From positions 160,001 through 224,000 of the forward strand of contig CBDCWG010000012.1 in NCBI GenBank assembly GCA_965223345.1: DNA of 64,000 bases, written 5' to 3'. Made by a program: the position numbers and the translations under genes. Source of the stretch: Nitrospinales bacterium (GTDB lineage: Bacteria > Nitrospinota > Nitrospinia > Nitrospinales > VA-1). Below the pieces are notes generated by a model. The model worked only from the letters and a program-made list of their open reading frames with translations, was not told the origin of the DNA and did not search any database. Numbering within the stretch: the stretch's first letter is position 1; each line of letters begins with the position of its first letter. This document shows positions 38,990 through 48,198 of the stretch, one piece after another.

Positions 38990-40108
38990 ATGTCTCAACC
39001 ACCTTCCGCAGACCTGAAAACCACCCCTTTGATCGAACTGCACCGCAGGCTGGGAGCGCGGCTGGTGCCGTTTGCGGGATGGCGCATGCCCATCCAGTTC
39101 GCGGGGGTGATCCAGGAGCACAAATGCGTCCGCGAGCAGGTGGGCCTGTTCGACGTCAGCCATATGGGCGAAATCGATATCCGCGGAAAAGACGCCCGTT
39201 CCCTGCTCCAGCGGCTGGTGACCAACGACATCGAAACCATGCAGGACGGGTCCATCCTGTACACCGTCATGTGCTACGAGAACGGCGGTGTGGTGGACGA
39301 CCTGCTGGTCCACCGGTTCGCGGAGGACCACTATTTTCTCTGCGTCAACGCCGCCAATACGGACAAGGATTTCGACTGGATCCGGCAGACCGCAAAGGAA
39401 TATCGGGTCGCGGTCGAAAACCTCAGCGCCCAGACCGCACAACTGGCTGTCCAGGGCCCGCAATCCGAGGCGCTGCTGCAAACCCTGTGCGACCTGCCTT
39501 TGAACGAGGTCCGATATTACCACTTTAAAAAAGGCAAAATCCACAACTATGATTGCCTGATTTCCCGCACCGGATACACGGGGGAGGACGGTTTCGAGCT
39601 CTACACCGAGGCGTCCGGGGCGGCGGATCTGGCTGAGGCCATCCTGGAAGCCGGAAAACCGTTCCAGATCCAACCCATCGGGCTGGCCGCCCGGGACACG
39701 CTGCGGCTGGAAATGGGCTACGCCCTGTACGGCAACGACATCACCCAGGACACGACGCCGCTGGAGGCGGGGCTGGGCTGGGTGGTCAAACTGAAAAAGG
39801 GACCGTTCACCGGCAGCGAGGCTTTGTCCGCACAGAAGCAGAACGGGATCGCGAAAAAACTCGTCGGCGTCAAACTGCTGGAACGGGGCGTGCCGCGGCC
39901 GCATTATAAGGTGTTGAAAGAAGGCAAGGTTGTCGGCGAGCTGACCAGCGGTTCGTTTTCCCCTTCCTTGAATGTGGGGATCGGATTGTGCTATGTATCG
40001 AAAGAGCACTCTGAAGTCGGTTCCCGCCTGGACATCGAAATCAGAAATCAGAACGTACCCGCGGAAATCACCAAACCGCCTTTCGTACCCAGCCGTGTGA
40101 AAAAATAA
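38990..40108 (+). CDS. gcvT: Glycine cleavage system T protein
   Basis: FAGWRMP, FDVSHMGE, RTGYTGEDGFE, RDTLRLEMG. Confidence 0.96.
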   Translation: MSQPPSADLKTTPLIELHRRLGARLVPFAGWRMPIQFAGVIQEHKCVREQVGLFDVSHMGEIDIRGKDARSLLQRLVTNDIETMQDGSILYTVMCYENGGVVDDLLVHRFAEDHYFLCVNAANTDKDFDWIRQTAKEYRVAVENLSAQTAQLAVQGPQSEALLQTLCDLPLNEVRYYHFKKGKIHNYDCLISRTGYTGEDGFELYTEASGAADLAEAILEAGKPFQIQPIGLAARDTLRLEMGYALYGNDITQDTTPLEAGLGWVVKLKKGPFTGSEALSAQKQNGIAKKLVGVKLLERGVPRPHYKVLKEGKVVGELTSGSFSPSLNVGIGLCYVSKEHSEVGSRLDIEIRNQNVPAEITKPPFVPSRVKK

Positions 40109-40234
40109 CCGGCTCCCACCCGAAAAAACCGTTGTGGGTCGTCAGGCAGCGGGGCGCAGCCCGAAGCGGGAATCCGGGACTGCGGCCGCGGATCGTTCAT
40201 CCATTCACCAACATCATTTTGAGCGGGAGGAAAC

Positions 40235-40621
40235 ATGGAGGTCCCCAAAGATCTTCGATACACGAGGGAACACGAGTGGATCCGCGTGAACGGCAACACG
40301 GCGGTGATCGGCATCACGGACTTCGCTCAGGAACAACTGGGCGATGTGGTGTTCGTGGAGATGCCCAAGGAAGGCGATGAAGTGACACAGGAAAAAACCT
40401 TCGGCGTGGTGGAATCGGTCAAGACCGTGTCGGACCTGTACGCACCCGCCACCGGCAAGGTCGTCAAGGTCAACGTCAACCTGGAATCGCAGCCCGAGCT
40501 GGTCAACAGCGAACCGTTCGGCCAGGGCTGGATTCTGGAAATCGAGCTGGCCGATCCCAAGCAGATCGATGGATTGCTGACACCGGAACAATACATCGAG
40601 CAGTGCGAAAACGAACAATAA
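40235..40621 (+). CDS. gcvH: Glycine cleavage system H protein
   Basis: HEW, GITDFAQ..LGD, VESVK lipoyl motif. Confidence 0.96.
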   Translation: MEVPKDLRYTREHEWIRVNGNTAVIGITDFAQEQLGDVVFVEMPKEGDEVTQEKTFGVVESVKTVSDLYAPATGKVVKVNVNLESQPELVNSEPFGQGWILEIELADPKQIDGLLTPEQYIEQCENEQ

Positions 40622-40643
40622 TCCCTGAAGCGAGTTTTTCCGC

Positions 40644-41984
40644 ATGCGTTACATCCCGCACACAGAGCAGGACATCCGGGAAATGCTGGCGGCCATCGGC
40701 GTCGAGAACATCGACGAGCTGTTCACCAGCATTCCCCCTGAGCTTCGGCTGCAAGACCAGGCCCTCGACCTCCCCCCGGCGCTTTCCGAGACCGAGCTGA
40801 CGGCACTGCTCGCGCGCTACCAGAAACGCAACCCGGACCCGGAAGGCACCTCGGTGTTCCTCGGCGCGGGGGCCTACCGGCATTTCAGCCCGGCGCTCGT
40901 CGGCTCGCTCATCGCGCGCGGCGAGTTTGCCACCAGCTACACACCGTACCAGCCGGAGGTCAGCCAGGGAACGCTGCAGGCGATCTTTGAATTTCAGACC
41001 CTGATCGCCCTGCTCACCGGCATGGAGATCGCCAACGCCTCGATGTACGACGGCGCGTCCTCGCTCGCCGAAGCGGTGGTGATGTCGCACCGGTTGAACG
41101 GCAAAAGCAAAATCCTCATCTCGGAAGCGGTGCATCCCGAATACCGGCAGGTGGTGGCCACCTACACGCGGGGAACCGAGATCGAACTGGTGTCGCTTCC
41201 CTTCGACGCGACGGGCAAAACCGACCTTTCCCGCATCACTGAGACGAAAGACATCGGCGCGGTGGTGCTGCAGAGCCCCAATTTTTTCGGCGTCATCGAA
41301 GAGTACGCCGCATTGGGCGAAACGCTGCAGGCCGCGGGCGCGCACCTGATCGTCGCGGTCGCCGAGGCGCTGTCGCTCGGCATCCTGAAACCTCCCGGGG
41401 AACGCGGCGCCGACATGGTCGTGGGCGAGGGGCAGTCGTTCGGGCTGCCGGTTTCGTACGGCGGCCCCTACGTGGGTTTTTTCGCGACGCGCGACCGCTT
41501 CCTGCGCCACACGCCGGGCCGGCTGGTCGGCGAAACGGTGGACCAGGCGGGGCGGCGGTCGTACGTGCTGACGCTGTCCACGCGGGAGCAGCACATCCGG
41601 CGCGAGCGCGCCACCTCCAACATCTGCACCAACCAGGGTCTGTGCGCGCTGGCGGCCACGGTTTTCATGGCGGCGCTGGGCAAGGAAGGGATGCGCGAGA
41701 TCGCGCTGCTCAACGTGCGCAAGGCGGACTATCTCAAAAACCGTCTGCGCAAGGTGAAGGGATTCGAGATCCGGTTTTCGGGCGACACGTTCAACGAATT
41801 CGTGCTCGAATGCCCGGCGCCGGCCGAAGAGATCCAACAGGCCATGCTTCAGGAAAACATCCTCGCAGGCTATCCTCTCAAGACCCACTACCCGGATCTC
41901 ACCAACAGCCTGCTGCTGTGCGCCACCGAACTCAACACGCAGGAAGAAATGGACCGCTTCGCGGAAAAACTGGAAGCGCTCTGA
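40644..41984 (+). CDS. gcvPA: Glycine dehydrogenase (decarboxylating) subunit 1
   Basis: YTPYQPEVSQG, NASMYDG, REQHIRRERATSNICTNQ. Confidence 0.95.
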   Translation: MRYIPHTEQDIREMLAAIGVENIDELFTSIPPELRLQDQALDLPPALSETELTALLARYQKRNPDPEGTSVFLGAGAYRHFSPALVGSLIARGEFATSYTPYQPEVSQGTLQAIFEFQTLIALLTGMEIANASMYDGASSLAEAVVMSHRLNGKSKILISEAVHPEYRQVVATYTRGTEIELVSLPFDATGKTDLSRITETKDIGAVVLQSPNFFGVIEEYAALGETLQAAGAHLIVAVAEALSLGILKPPGERGADMVVGEGQSFGLPVSYGGPYVGFFATRDRFLRHTPGRLVGETVDQAGRRSYVLTLSTREQHIRRERATSNICTNQGLCALAATVFMAALGKEGMREIALLNVRKADYLKNRLRKVKGFEIRFSGDTFNEFVLECPAPAEEIQQAMLQENILAGYPLKTHYPDLTNSLLLCATELNTQEEMDRFAEKLEAL

Positions 41985-42146
41985 ATCTTTCCTTCCCCGG
42001 ATTTTCTTTTTACATCGAGTCCAAAAACGTCAGCAACAACCACATTCAGGCACTGAGTCTTTCCAACCCCGCCCCCTTGAACGGCCCCGGAGGATTTTCA
42101 ATCATCGGCTGCCGCCGGGTGATCGTGTGCTCGGCAGAAGGATCAC

Positions 42147-43403
42147 TCACTTCCCAACGGAAACATTTACGAACGTCTGGCGCTCATCGGAATCGATGAT
42201 GAAAATGGAATAATTGCCTTTGGCGTCCTCTGAAGCTTCCACGGTGAACGCCCGTCCGAACGATTCGACCTGATTCAATTTCAAGCCGGTTTCTTTACCG
42301 TGCAGCTGTGCCAGGAAGGGTTTTTTCCCTCCTTTCACCACGAATCCCCTGGCATCTCCCGGAGCCAGAGTGAGGGTGTCGCTGGGTTCGATGGACAGAT
42401 CGTGAACCAGCAGGGTTGGCGACACGCCGCAATCTTCGAGTTTATGCTTTGGTTTTTGCTCCTTCACGGCCCGGATGAAACCGGCCATCTTGCGGCTGCG
42501 TAACGACAATTCCTCCATAGCCGGCTCCAGGTTGTCCTCCTTTGAAGCCATATTGGGAACAAACGATTCCTTCTCCATTCCGGTTATGTTGGGGGTTCTC
42601 AGATCCGAAGACTGCTGCGCAAGGCGGTTGATGATATTTGCAAGGTCCCTCAAATCTTTGTCATTGGAATGGATCGCGGCATCGACATCGGCTGAGATTT
42701 CATCGACCGCATCGACCAGCATCGTCCCCGCCCGGGACGCCTGATATTCCAGCGCCAGTCCAAGCCGGTAGGTTTCTTTCGACTCTTTTAAAAGATCATT
42801 TGCCCGCTTCATTCTTTTTTTGTTTTCTACCGATTCAGAAATGCGGGATACCTCTGACTCCACCCGGTTGATCGCCAGGTTCAGTTTATCCAGTTCTTCA
42901 CCGAGCTTCGCGTCCTTCAGGTCGAGAGGCCGCAGGGCGATGACGGCACAGCCGATGGCCTTGTAGCCCGCAGTGTACACCTTGTTTTTTTCCGGGCTGG
43001 CGAACCAGTATCCCAGGCCGAGGCCCGTCGCACCCGTCAAAGACAACGCGGTGACGGCATCGCCGCTGGCGCCGGTGATGGCGAGTCCCAAAACGGAGGC
43101 GGTCAAGGGAATGAGCCCCAGAGCCAAACCGTTTCTCAATAATTCCTGGTCGCCGATGGAGTCCTTGTAATCTTCTTTTACCTTATTGGCGTATATCTCA
43201 CCGTCCTGAAACTCGATGGGCCGCGTACGATACGCTTCACTGTCGATATAGTTCCCGTCACTATCCCGTTGATACGCATCGTCCTCTAAACCCAGTCCAG
43301 GCCTGGCCCACTGTCCATTCGGCTTGATCAGCGAACAGTTGGAAATGAACAAAGCAAGGATCAAAATCGTTGCAATCTTTAATTTCCTTCTGAATTTTTT
43401 CAT
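42147..43403 (-). CDS. Hypothetical lipoprotein, lower GC
   Basis: Basic N-terminus plus lipobox ISNC, Gly-rich hydrophobic hairpin, coiled coil, beta-rich C-terminus. Confidence 0.75.
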   Translation of the reverse strand: MKKFRRKLKIATILILALFISNCSLIKPNGQWARPGLGLEDDAYQRDSDGNYIDSEAYRTRPIEFQDGEIYANKVKEDYKDSIGDQELLRNGLALGLIPLTASVLGLAITGASGDAVTALSLTGATGLGLGYWFASPEKNKVYTAGYKAIGCAVIALRPLDLKDAKLGEELDKLNLAINRVESEVSRISESVENKKRMKRANDLLKESKETYRLGLALEYQASRAGTMLVDAVDEISADVDAAIHSNDKDLRDLANIINRLAQQSSDLRTPNITGMEKESFVPNMASKEDNLEPAMEELSLRSRKMAGFIRAVKEQKPKHKLEDCGVSPTLLVHDLSIEPSDTLTLAPGDARGFVVKGGKKPFLAQLHGKETGLKLNQVESFGRAFTVEASEDAKGNYSIFIIDSDERQTFVNVSVGK

Positions 43404-43717
43404 AGTATTTCTCTATTGAAAATTTTTACGGTCCGGCTTTAGAAGAATAATTACCTAAAAACCATTCACTCCCCAATTTCACTTTCACTGATTCCCGGAA
43501 GCAAAAATTTTCCAGAGGCTGAGGCGGCATCGAGATAATGATGCGCGCGCTCTCCAGTCCTGGGACTCCGGAAAGGTTGACTTTCAGCTAAATATCTATT
43601 GAAATCGATATTAATTTAGCCATTTTTGACAATCAACTTGTGATTTAAACCACTGACCCGGGTGCTCTGCTTCAAATGCACCACTCAAGCCGGGCTCGGT
43701 AACACTTAGGAGAGAAA

Positions 43718-45124
43718 CTATTCCTGGTGCTGTTTCGGACTCAATTGATTTTGAAGTTCCTCGGCGGGGTAGGTGAGGATCTCCGACAAGGTGGGATGGT
43801 AATGCGGAATGGTGGTCAAATCCCGCACGGTGCCGCCAAAATGCATGAGGGTGATCATCTGGTGGATCAGCTCGCCGGCCTCGGGACCGACGATGTGCGC
43901 GCCGATCACTTCGCCGATGACCGGACGGCACAGGATTTTCACGTGCCCGTGCAGCTCACCCATGCAGATGGATTTGCCGTGGTCGTCGAAGGGGTACGAC
44001 GCGGAAAGATAGGGGATGTCCTGCGTCCGGCATTCCTTCTCGCTGAGTCCCACGCTGGCCACGGTGGGATCGGTGAACACGATGCTGGTCTTCAGGCGGT
44101 CGTCGAAACGGCGCGGCGGCCGGTCGCGATGCACGGCGTTGTGGGCGGCGATCTCCCCCTGCTCGATGGCGACGTGCACGATCTCCTGCAGCCCGTTCAC
44201 GTCGCCGACGGCGTAGATGTGCGGCTGCGCGGTGCGCATGCAATCGTCCACGACGACGCGCCCGTGCTCGAGCGTCACCCCCGCCGCTTCCAGGTTGAGC
44301 TCCGCCACGTTCGGCACCCGGCCCAGCGCCTGCAGGATGACCTGGGCCTCGACGTTTTTTTCCTCACCGTGATGCAAAAACCGCACGACGCGCGCATCGC
44401 CGTTTTTGTGCACGCCGATGAGGCGGGTGGAGGTGTAGACCTGCATGCCCTCTTGACGGAAACGCGCTTCCACCGGGCGGGCCAGATCTTCGTCGCCGCC
44501 GGACAGAATGTGATGGCTGCGCTGAATCAGATGCACCGCCACGCCGATGCGGGAAAAAAACTGCGCCAGCTCCACAGCCACCGGCCCGGCCCCGAGCACG
44601 ATCATGGAGCGCGGCATTTTTTTCCATTGCAGCACGTCGTCGCTGGTGACGTAGCCGGTCTCATCGAGTCCGGGAATGGGAAAATGCGCGATGCGCGATC
44701 CGGTGGCGATGATGAAGCTGCTTGCGGTCAGGGTGCGGTCGCCGACGCGCACGGCGTCGGGGGAAACGAAAGCGGCGGGTTCCTCGATCAGGGTGAAGCG
44801 CGGGTCCTTGAGCTGTTCGACCCGGTAGCGGGTGAATTCGCCGATGATCCGATCCTTGCGGGCGTTGATGGCGGCGAGGTCGGCCCCGGCCTCGACGGGC
44901 AGCAGGCCGAATTCGGGAGCGCGGCGCAGCAGGGACATCACGTCCGAGGAACGCAGCAGCGTCTTGGTGGGCATGCAGCCGCGCAGGATGCACAGCCCGC
45001 CCAGCGGACCGGGGTCGGCGATGGCGACGCGCGCGCCCGCCTCCTGCGCGGTTCTCGCCGCGGCGTAGCCCGCGGAGCCGCCGCCCAGGATCAGCACATC
45101 GAAGTCGGTGGACCCGGTTGCCAT
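43718..45124 (-). CDS. Class I pyridine nucleotide-disulfide oxidoreductase (Lpd/MerA-like)
   Basis: GGGSAG, GGLCILRGCMP, HYHPTLSE. Confidence 0.88.
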   Translation of the reverse strand: MATGSTDFDVLILGGGSAGYAAARTAQEAGARVAIADPGPLGGLCILRGCMPTKTLLRSSDVMSLLRRAPEFGLLPVEAGADLAAINARKDRIIGEFTRYRVEQLKDPRFTLIEEPAAFVSPDAVRVGDRTLTASSFIIATGSRIAHFPIPGLDETGYVTSDDVLQWKKMPRSMIVLGAGPVAVELAQFFSRIGVAVHLIQRSHHILSGGDEDLARPVEARFRQEGMQVYTSTRLIGVHKNGDARVVRFLHHGEEKNVEAQVILQALGRVPNVAELNLEAAGVTLEHGRVVVDDCMRTAQPHIYAVGDVNGLQEIVHVAIEQGEIAAHNAVHRDRPPRRFDDRLKTSIVFTDPTVASVGLSEKECRTQDIPYLSASYPFDDHGKSICMGELHGHVKILCRPVIGEVIGAHIVGPEAGELIHQMITLMHFGGTVRDLTTIPHYHPTLSEILTYPAEELQNQLSPKQHQE

Positions 45125-45138
45125 GCGTGCGCCGCCCG

Positions 45139-45669
45139 CTAAAGGGTCCGGCATTCCTCTTCGGTGAGGCCGAATTCCTTGGAGCATTCGTTCAACAGGT
45201 CCACGGCGTTGTTCTCCATGAACGTGTCGCCGGTTTTGTTGAACTGGTCGCGCGCCTGGATCAGGTGGTGGATGGTTTCCTTGCCGCGCTTGATGGAGTA
45301 GTACAGCATGGCGAGGTTGCTGTGGGCTTTGGCGAACTCGGGATTGATGCGCAGCGCTTCCTTGTAATGGTTGAACGCTTCATCGGTCTCACCGATCAGG
45401 TTGCTCACAACCGCCAGGCTGTAGTGCACCATCGGCGCTTCGGGTTTGATGCGCAGGGCCTCCCGGAAACATTTGGAGGCCTCGAGGTTCATGCGCACTT
45501 TTCCGTAACGGATGCCGAGGTTGAACTGCGCCAGAAAATGATCCGGGTCCAGAGCCACCGCTTTCTTGTAGGACTCCATCGCGGTCGCGTTGTCGCCGGC
45601 GCGGCCTGCGGACAACCCTTCCTGAAACCAGTCTTCTGCGGTTTTCGTGTCTTGCGATTCGGGTGCCAT
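45139..45669 (-). CDS. Tetratricopeptide repeat protein
   Basis: Repeated AQFNLG/VHYSLA/AHSNLA TPR units. Confidence 0.85.
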   Translation of the reverse strand: MAPESQDTKTAEDWFQEGLSAGRAGDNATAMESYKKAVALDPDHFLAQFNLGIRYGKVRMNLEASKCFREALRIKPEAPMVHYSLAVVSNLIGETDEAFNHYKEALRINPEFAKAHSNLAMLYYSIKRGKETIHHLIQARDQFNKTGDTFMENNAVDLLNECSKEFGLTEEECRTL

Positions 45670-45954
45670 GGTTCTTCCTTGCAAAAAAGCCCCTTGGGGG
45701 CTTTTCGGGGTCGAAATTGAATTCTGAGTGGGGTCTATGCTACCTTATTGCCGCCCCGCTTTGCAACCGGAGGGCGGACCCCGGCCGACGGGCCGGCGGC
45801 AGCGCCGTTTTCACCGGGAAACAGGGAATTCCAATCGCCGGCGCAGCCCAACCACGCGCCGGTTTGCGCTTTGGGGCGGTCCCCATTTCGCCGGACGGAA
45901 CCGAACCGGTTGCGTCCGCTGCGAGGCGTTCGGATTTTAAGGAAAGAGGAAACG

Positions 45955-46224
45955 ATGGTAGAAAAAGGATCGGAGGAAGAGCGGCTGCTTCTGGGCCGCT
46001 GGATCAAGATGGGCCAGGGGCTCATCGTAGCGGGATCGGCGCTGGGAGAATCCTACCTGGACCCCAAGATCAAACGGCCGCAAGACGTCGAGGAAAAATC
46101 GCAGAAATACGTGAGCTTCGACCACGAAGTCGCGGAAAAGCTCCCCCACTTCAAGGGCCGGTTCCGCTGGGACCTGGAAAAGTATTACCGGGAAACGTTC
46201 GGCCCGTACCTGCCGAAGGACTGA
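45955..46224 (+). CDS. Hypothetical protein
   Basis: GAGGA RBS, 89 aa, host-like codons. Confidence 0.75.
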   Translation: MVEKGSEEERLLLGRWIKMGQGLIVAGSALGESYLDPKIKRPQDVEEKSQKYVSFDHEVAEKLPHFKGRFRWDLEKYYRETFGPYLPKD

Positions 46225-46235
46225 ATTCGAATTTT

Positions 46236-46559
46236 ATGTCACGCGTCAATTTGTGCGATTATGCCGAGCCGCCCGAAGAAGGCTCCGGGGTGAGCATCCC
46301 CTTCAAGCACCCCTACACCGAAATCCCCTACAAGATCGCCCTGTTCCAGGTGGAGGGCACCTACTACGCCATCACCGACCAGTGCAAGAAATGCGGCGGC
46401 AGCCTGGGCAAGGGCGGGTTGAATGGCCTGTTCGCTTTCTGCAACAACGAAGAATGCGGCTGGAACATCAAGAAGGGATACTGCAAGTTCGACCGCACAC
46501 TGGTGATGCCGACCTATAAAGTCTCGGTCGAAGACGGCGGCCTCGTCATCACCATCTGA
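46236..46559 (+). CDS. Rieske-fold ferredoxin-like protein with atypical ligands
   Basis: IALFQVEGTYYAITDQCKKCGGSLGKG...FCNNEECGWNIKKG...TYKVSVEDG follows the NirD/Rieske ferredoxin pattern. Confidence 0.7.
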   Translation: MSRVNLCDYAEPPEEGSGVSIPFKHPYTEIPYKIALFQVEGTYYAITDQCKKCGGSLGKGGLNGLFAFCNNEECGWNIKKGYCKFDRTLVMPTYKVSVEDGGLVITI

Positions 46560-46584
46560 AATTTCTCCGCAAGCCACCCATCCT

Positions 46585-48024
46585 TCAGCGCCGCCAAGCG
46601 TGCACTTTCTTGAGGAAATTCAGGACGCCCTGGGGCGCGTGCGCTTTTTTCCATTCGCCCGCGGCGAACTTGTTGGCTTCGGCCATGGTCGGGTAGATGT
46701 GGATCGTGCTCAGGATGTCGTTGAGGCCGAGTCCGTGTTTCATGGCCGACACGTATTCCGCGATCAGATCACCTGCGTGGTAGCCGAGGATGGTGACTCC
46801 GAGGATCCTGTCCTTGCCGCGCTGCGTGAGCACCTTGACGACGCCGTGATCCTCGCTGTCGGCGATGGCCCGGTCGAGGTCGTCGATGCCGTAGCGGGTG
46901 ACTTCGTAGTCGATGCCCTGCTGCTTCGCTTCTTTTTCATTGATGCCCACGCGCGCCACTTCCGGATCGGTGAACGTGCACCAGGGGATCACGCGGTAAT
47001 CGACCTTGAATTTTTTCAGCGGGCTGAACAGGGCGTTGACCGCGCAGTACCACGCCTGGTGCGCCGCGGTGTGGGTGAACTGATACGGCCCGGCCACGTC
47101 GCCGCAGGCGTAGATGTTCGCATGCGTGGTGCTGCGCAGGTATTCGTCCACTTCGACGGTGCCGCGTTTCGTGGTCTTCACGCCGATCTCCTGCAGCCCG
47201 AATCCCTTTGAGTTGGCCGCGCGGCCGAGCGCCAGCAGAAGCTGGTCGAATTCGATCCTTTCGGTCTGTCCGTCCTTTTCCACGACGAGGTATTTTTTTC
47301 CGTCCTCGACCACCACTTCCTTGCCCATGGTGCCCGTGCGCACCTCGACGCCTTCCTCGACGAAACGCTTGCAGACGGCGTCGCTGATCTCATCGTCTTC
47401 CCGGCTCAGAATGCAGGGCGCTTTTTCGATCTGGATGACCTGCGTGCCCAGGCGGGCGAAACACTGGGTCATCTCCGAACCGATGGGGCCGCCGCCGAGC
47501 ACCACCAGCCGTTTGGGCTGCTCGCGGATTTCCCACAGATTGTCGGTGGTCAGGTAATCGACCTGATCGAGTCCCGGCATCGGCGGCACGAAGGGCCGCG
47601 CGCCGGTGGCGATGATGATGTTTTTGGTGGTGAGGGTTTTGCCGTTGACCTCGACCTCATGCGGAGACAATATCTTCGCGGCTCCGGTGTGACAGTCCAC
47701 GCCGAGACCCGTGTAGCGCTCGATGCTGTCGTGCGGTTCGACTTTTTTGATGACGGTCTGCACCCGCTCCATGACATCGGCGAAATTGAACGTCGCCTCG
47801 GCGGAACTCAATCCGTAATCCTTGTGCCGCTTGATGTAGGAAAGCATTTTGGCGGTGCGGATCAGCGCCTTGCTGGGAACGCATCCGGTGTTGAGGCAGT
47901 CGCCACCCATCTTGTGTTTTTCGATCAGCGCCACTTTGGCTTTCACCGCCGCGGCAATATAAGACGAAACCAGGCCGGCGGAACCCGCTCCGATCACGAT
48001 GACGTTGTAGTCCATTTTGGCCAT
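46585..48024 (-). CDS. Class I pyridine nucleotide-disulfide oxidoreductase (mercuric reductase-like, no C-terminal CC)
   Basis: GAGSAG, GGDCLNTGCVPSK, GPYQFTH, HIYPTMAE. Confidence 0.88.
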   Translation of the reverse strand: MAKMDYNVIVIGAGSAGLVSSYIAAAVKAKVALIEKHKMGGDCLNTGCVPSKALIRTAKMLSYIKRHKDYGLSSAEATFNFADVMERVQTVIKKVEPHDSIERYTGLGVDCHTGAAKILSPHEVEVNGKTLTTKNIIIATGARPFVPPMPGLDQVDYLTTDNLWEIREQPKRLVVLGGGPIGSEMTQCFARLGTQVIQIEKAPCILSREDDEISDAVCKRFVEEGVEVRTGTMGKEVVVEDGKKYLVVEKDGQTERIEFDQLLLALGRAANSKGFGLQEIGVKTTKRGTVEVDEYLRSTTHANIYACGDVAGPYQFTHTAAHQAWYCAVNALFSPLKKFKVDYRVIPWCTFTDPEVARVGINEKEAKQQGIDYEVTRYGIDDLDRAIADSEDHGVVKVLTQRGKDRILGVTILGYHAGDLIAEYVSAMKHGLGLNDILSTIHIYPTMAEANKFAAGEWKKAHAPQGVLNFLKKVHAWRR

Positions 48025-48198
48025 GATGCTGTTTTCCTGTTGGGTGCTGGGTTGTTATTCGGACACGTTTGCCATTTAGATAGCACGGGTGGAGTCGCGC
48101 CGGGAGGAAATTCATTACAAAATTCCGGGCTGCCGGGAAAAACCGGCGGCCCTTGCGGCTTTTGAAGCGCGAAGGAACAGGACGGGAAAGGCGGTGAT

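Noticed and set aside
46585..48024. Mercuric reductase MerA
   Set aside because: No C-terminal Cys pair, no N-terminal metal-binding domain and no mer genes nearby
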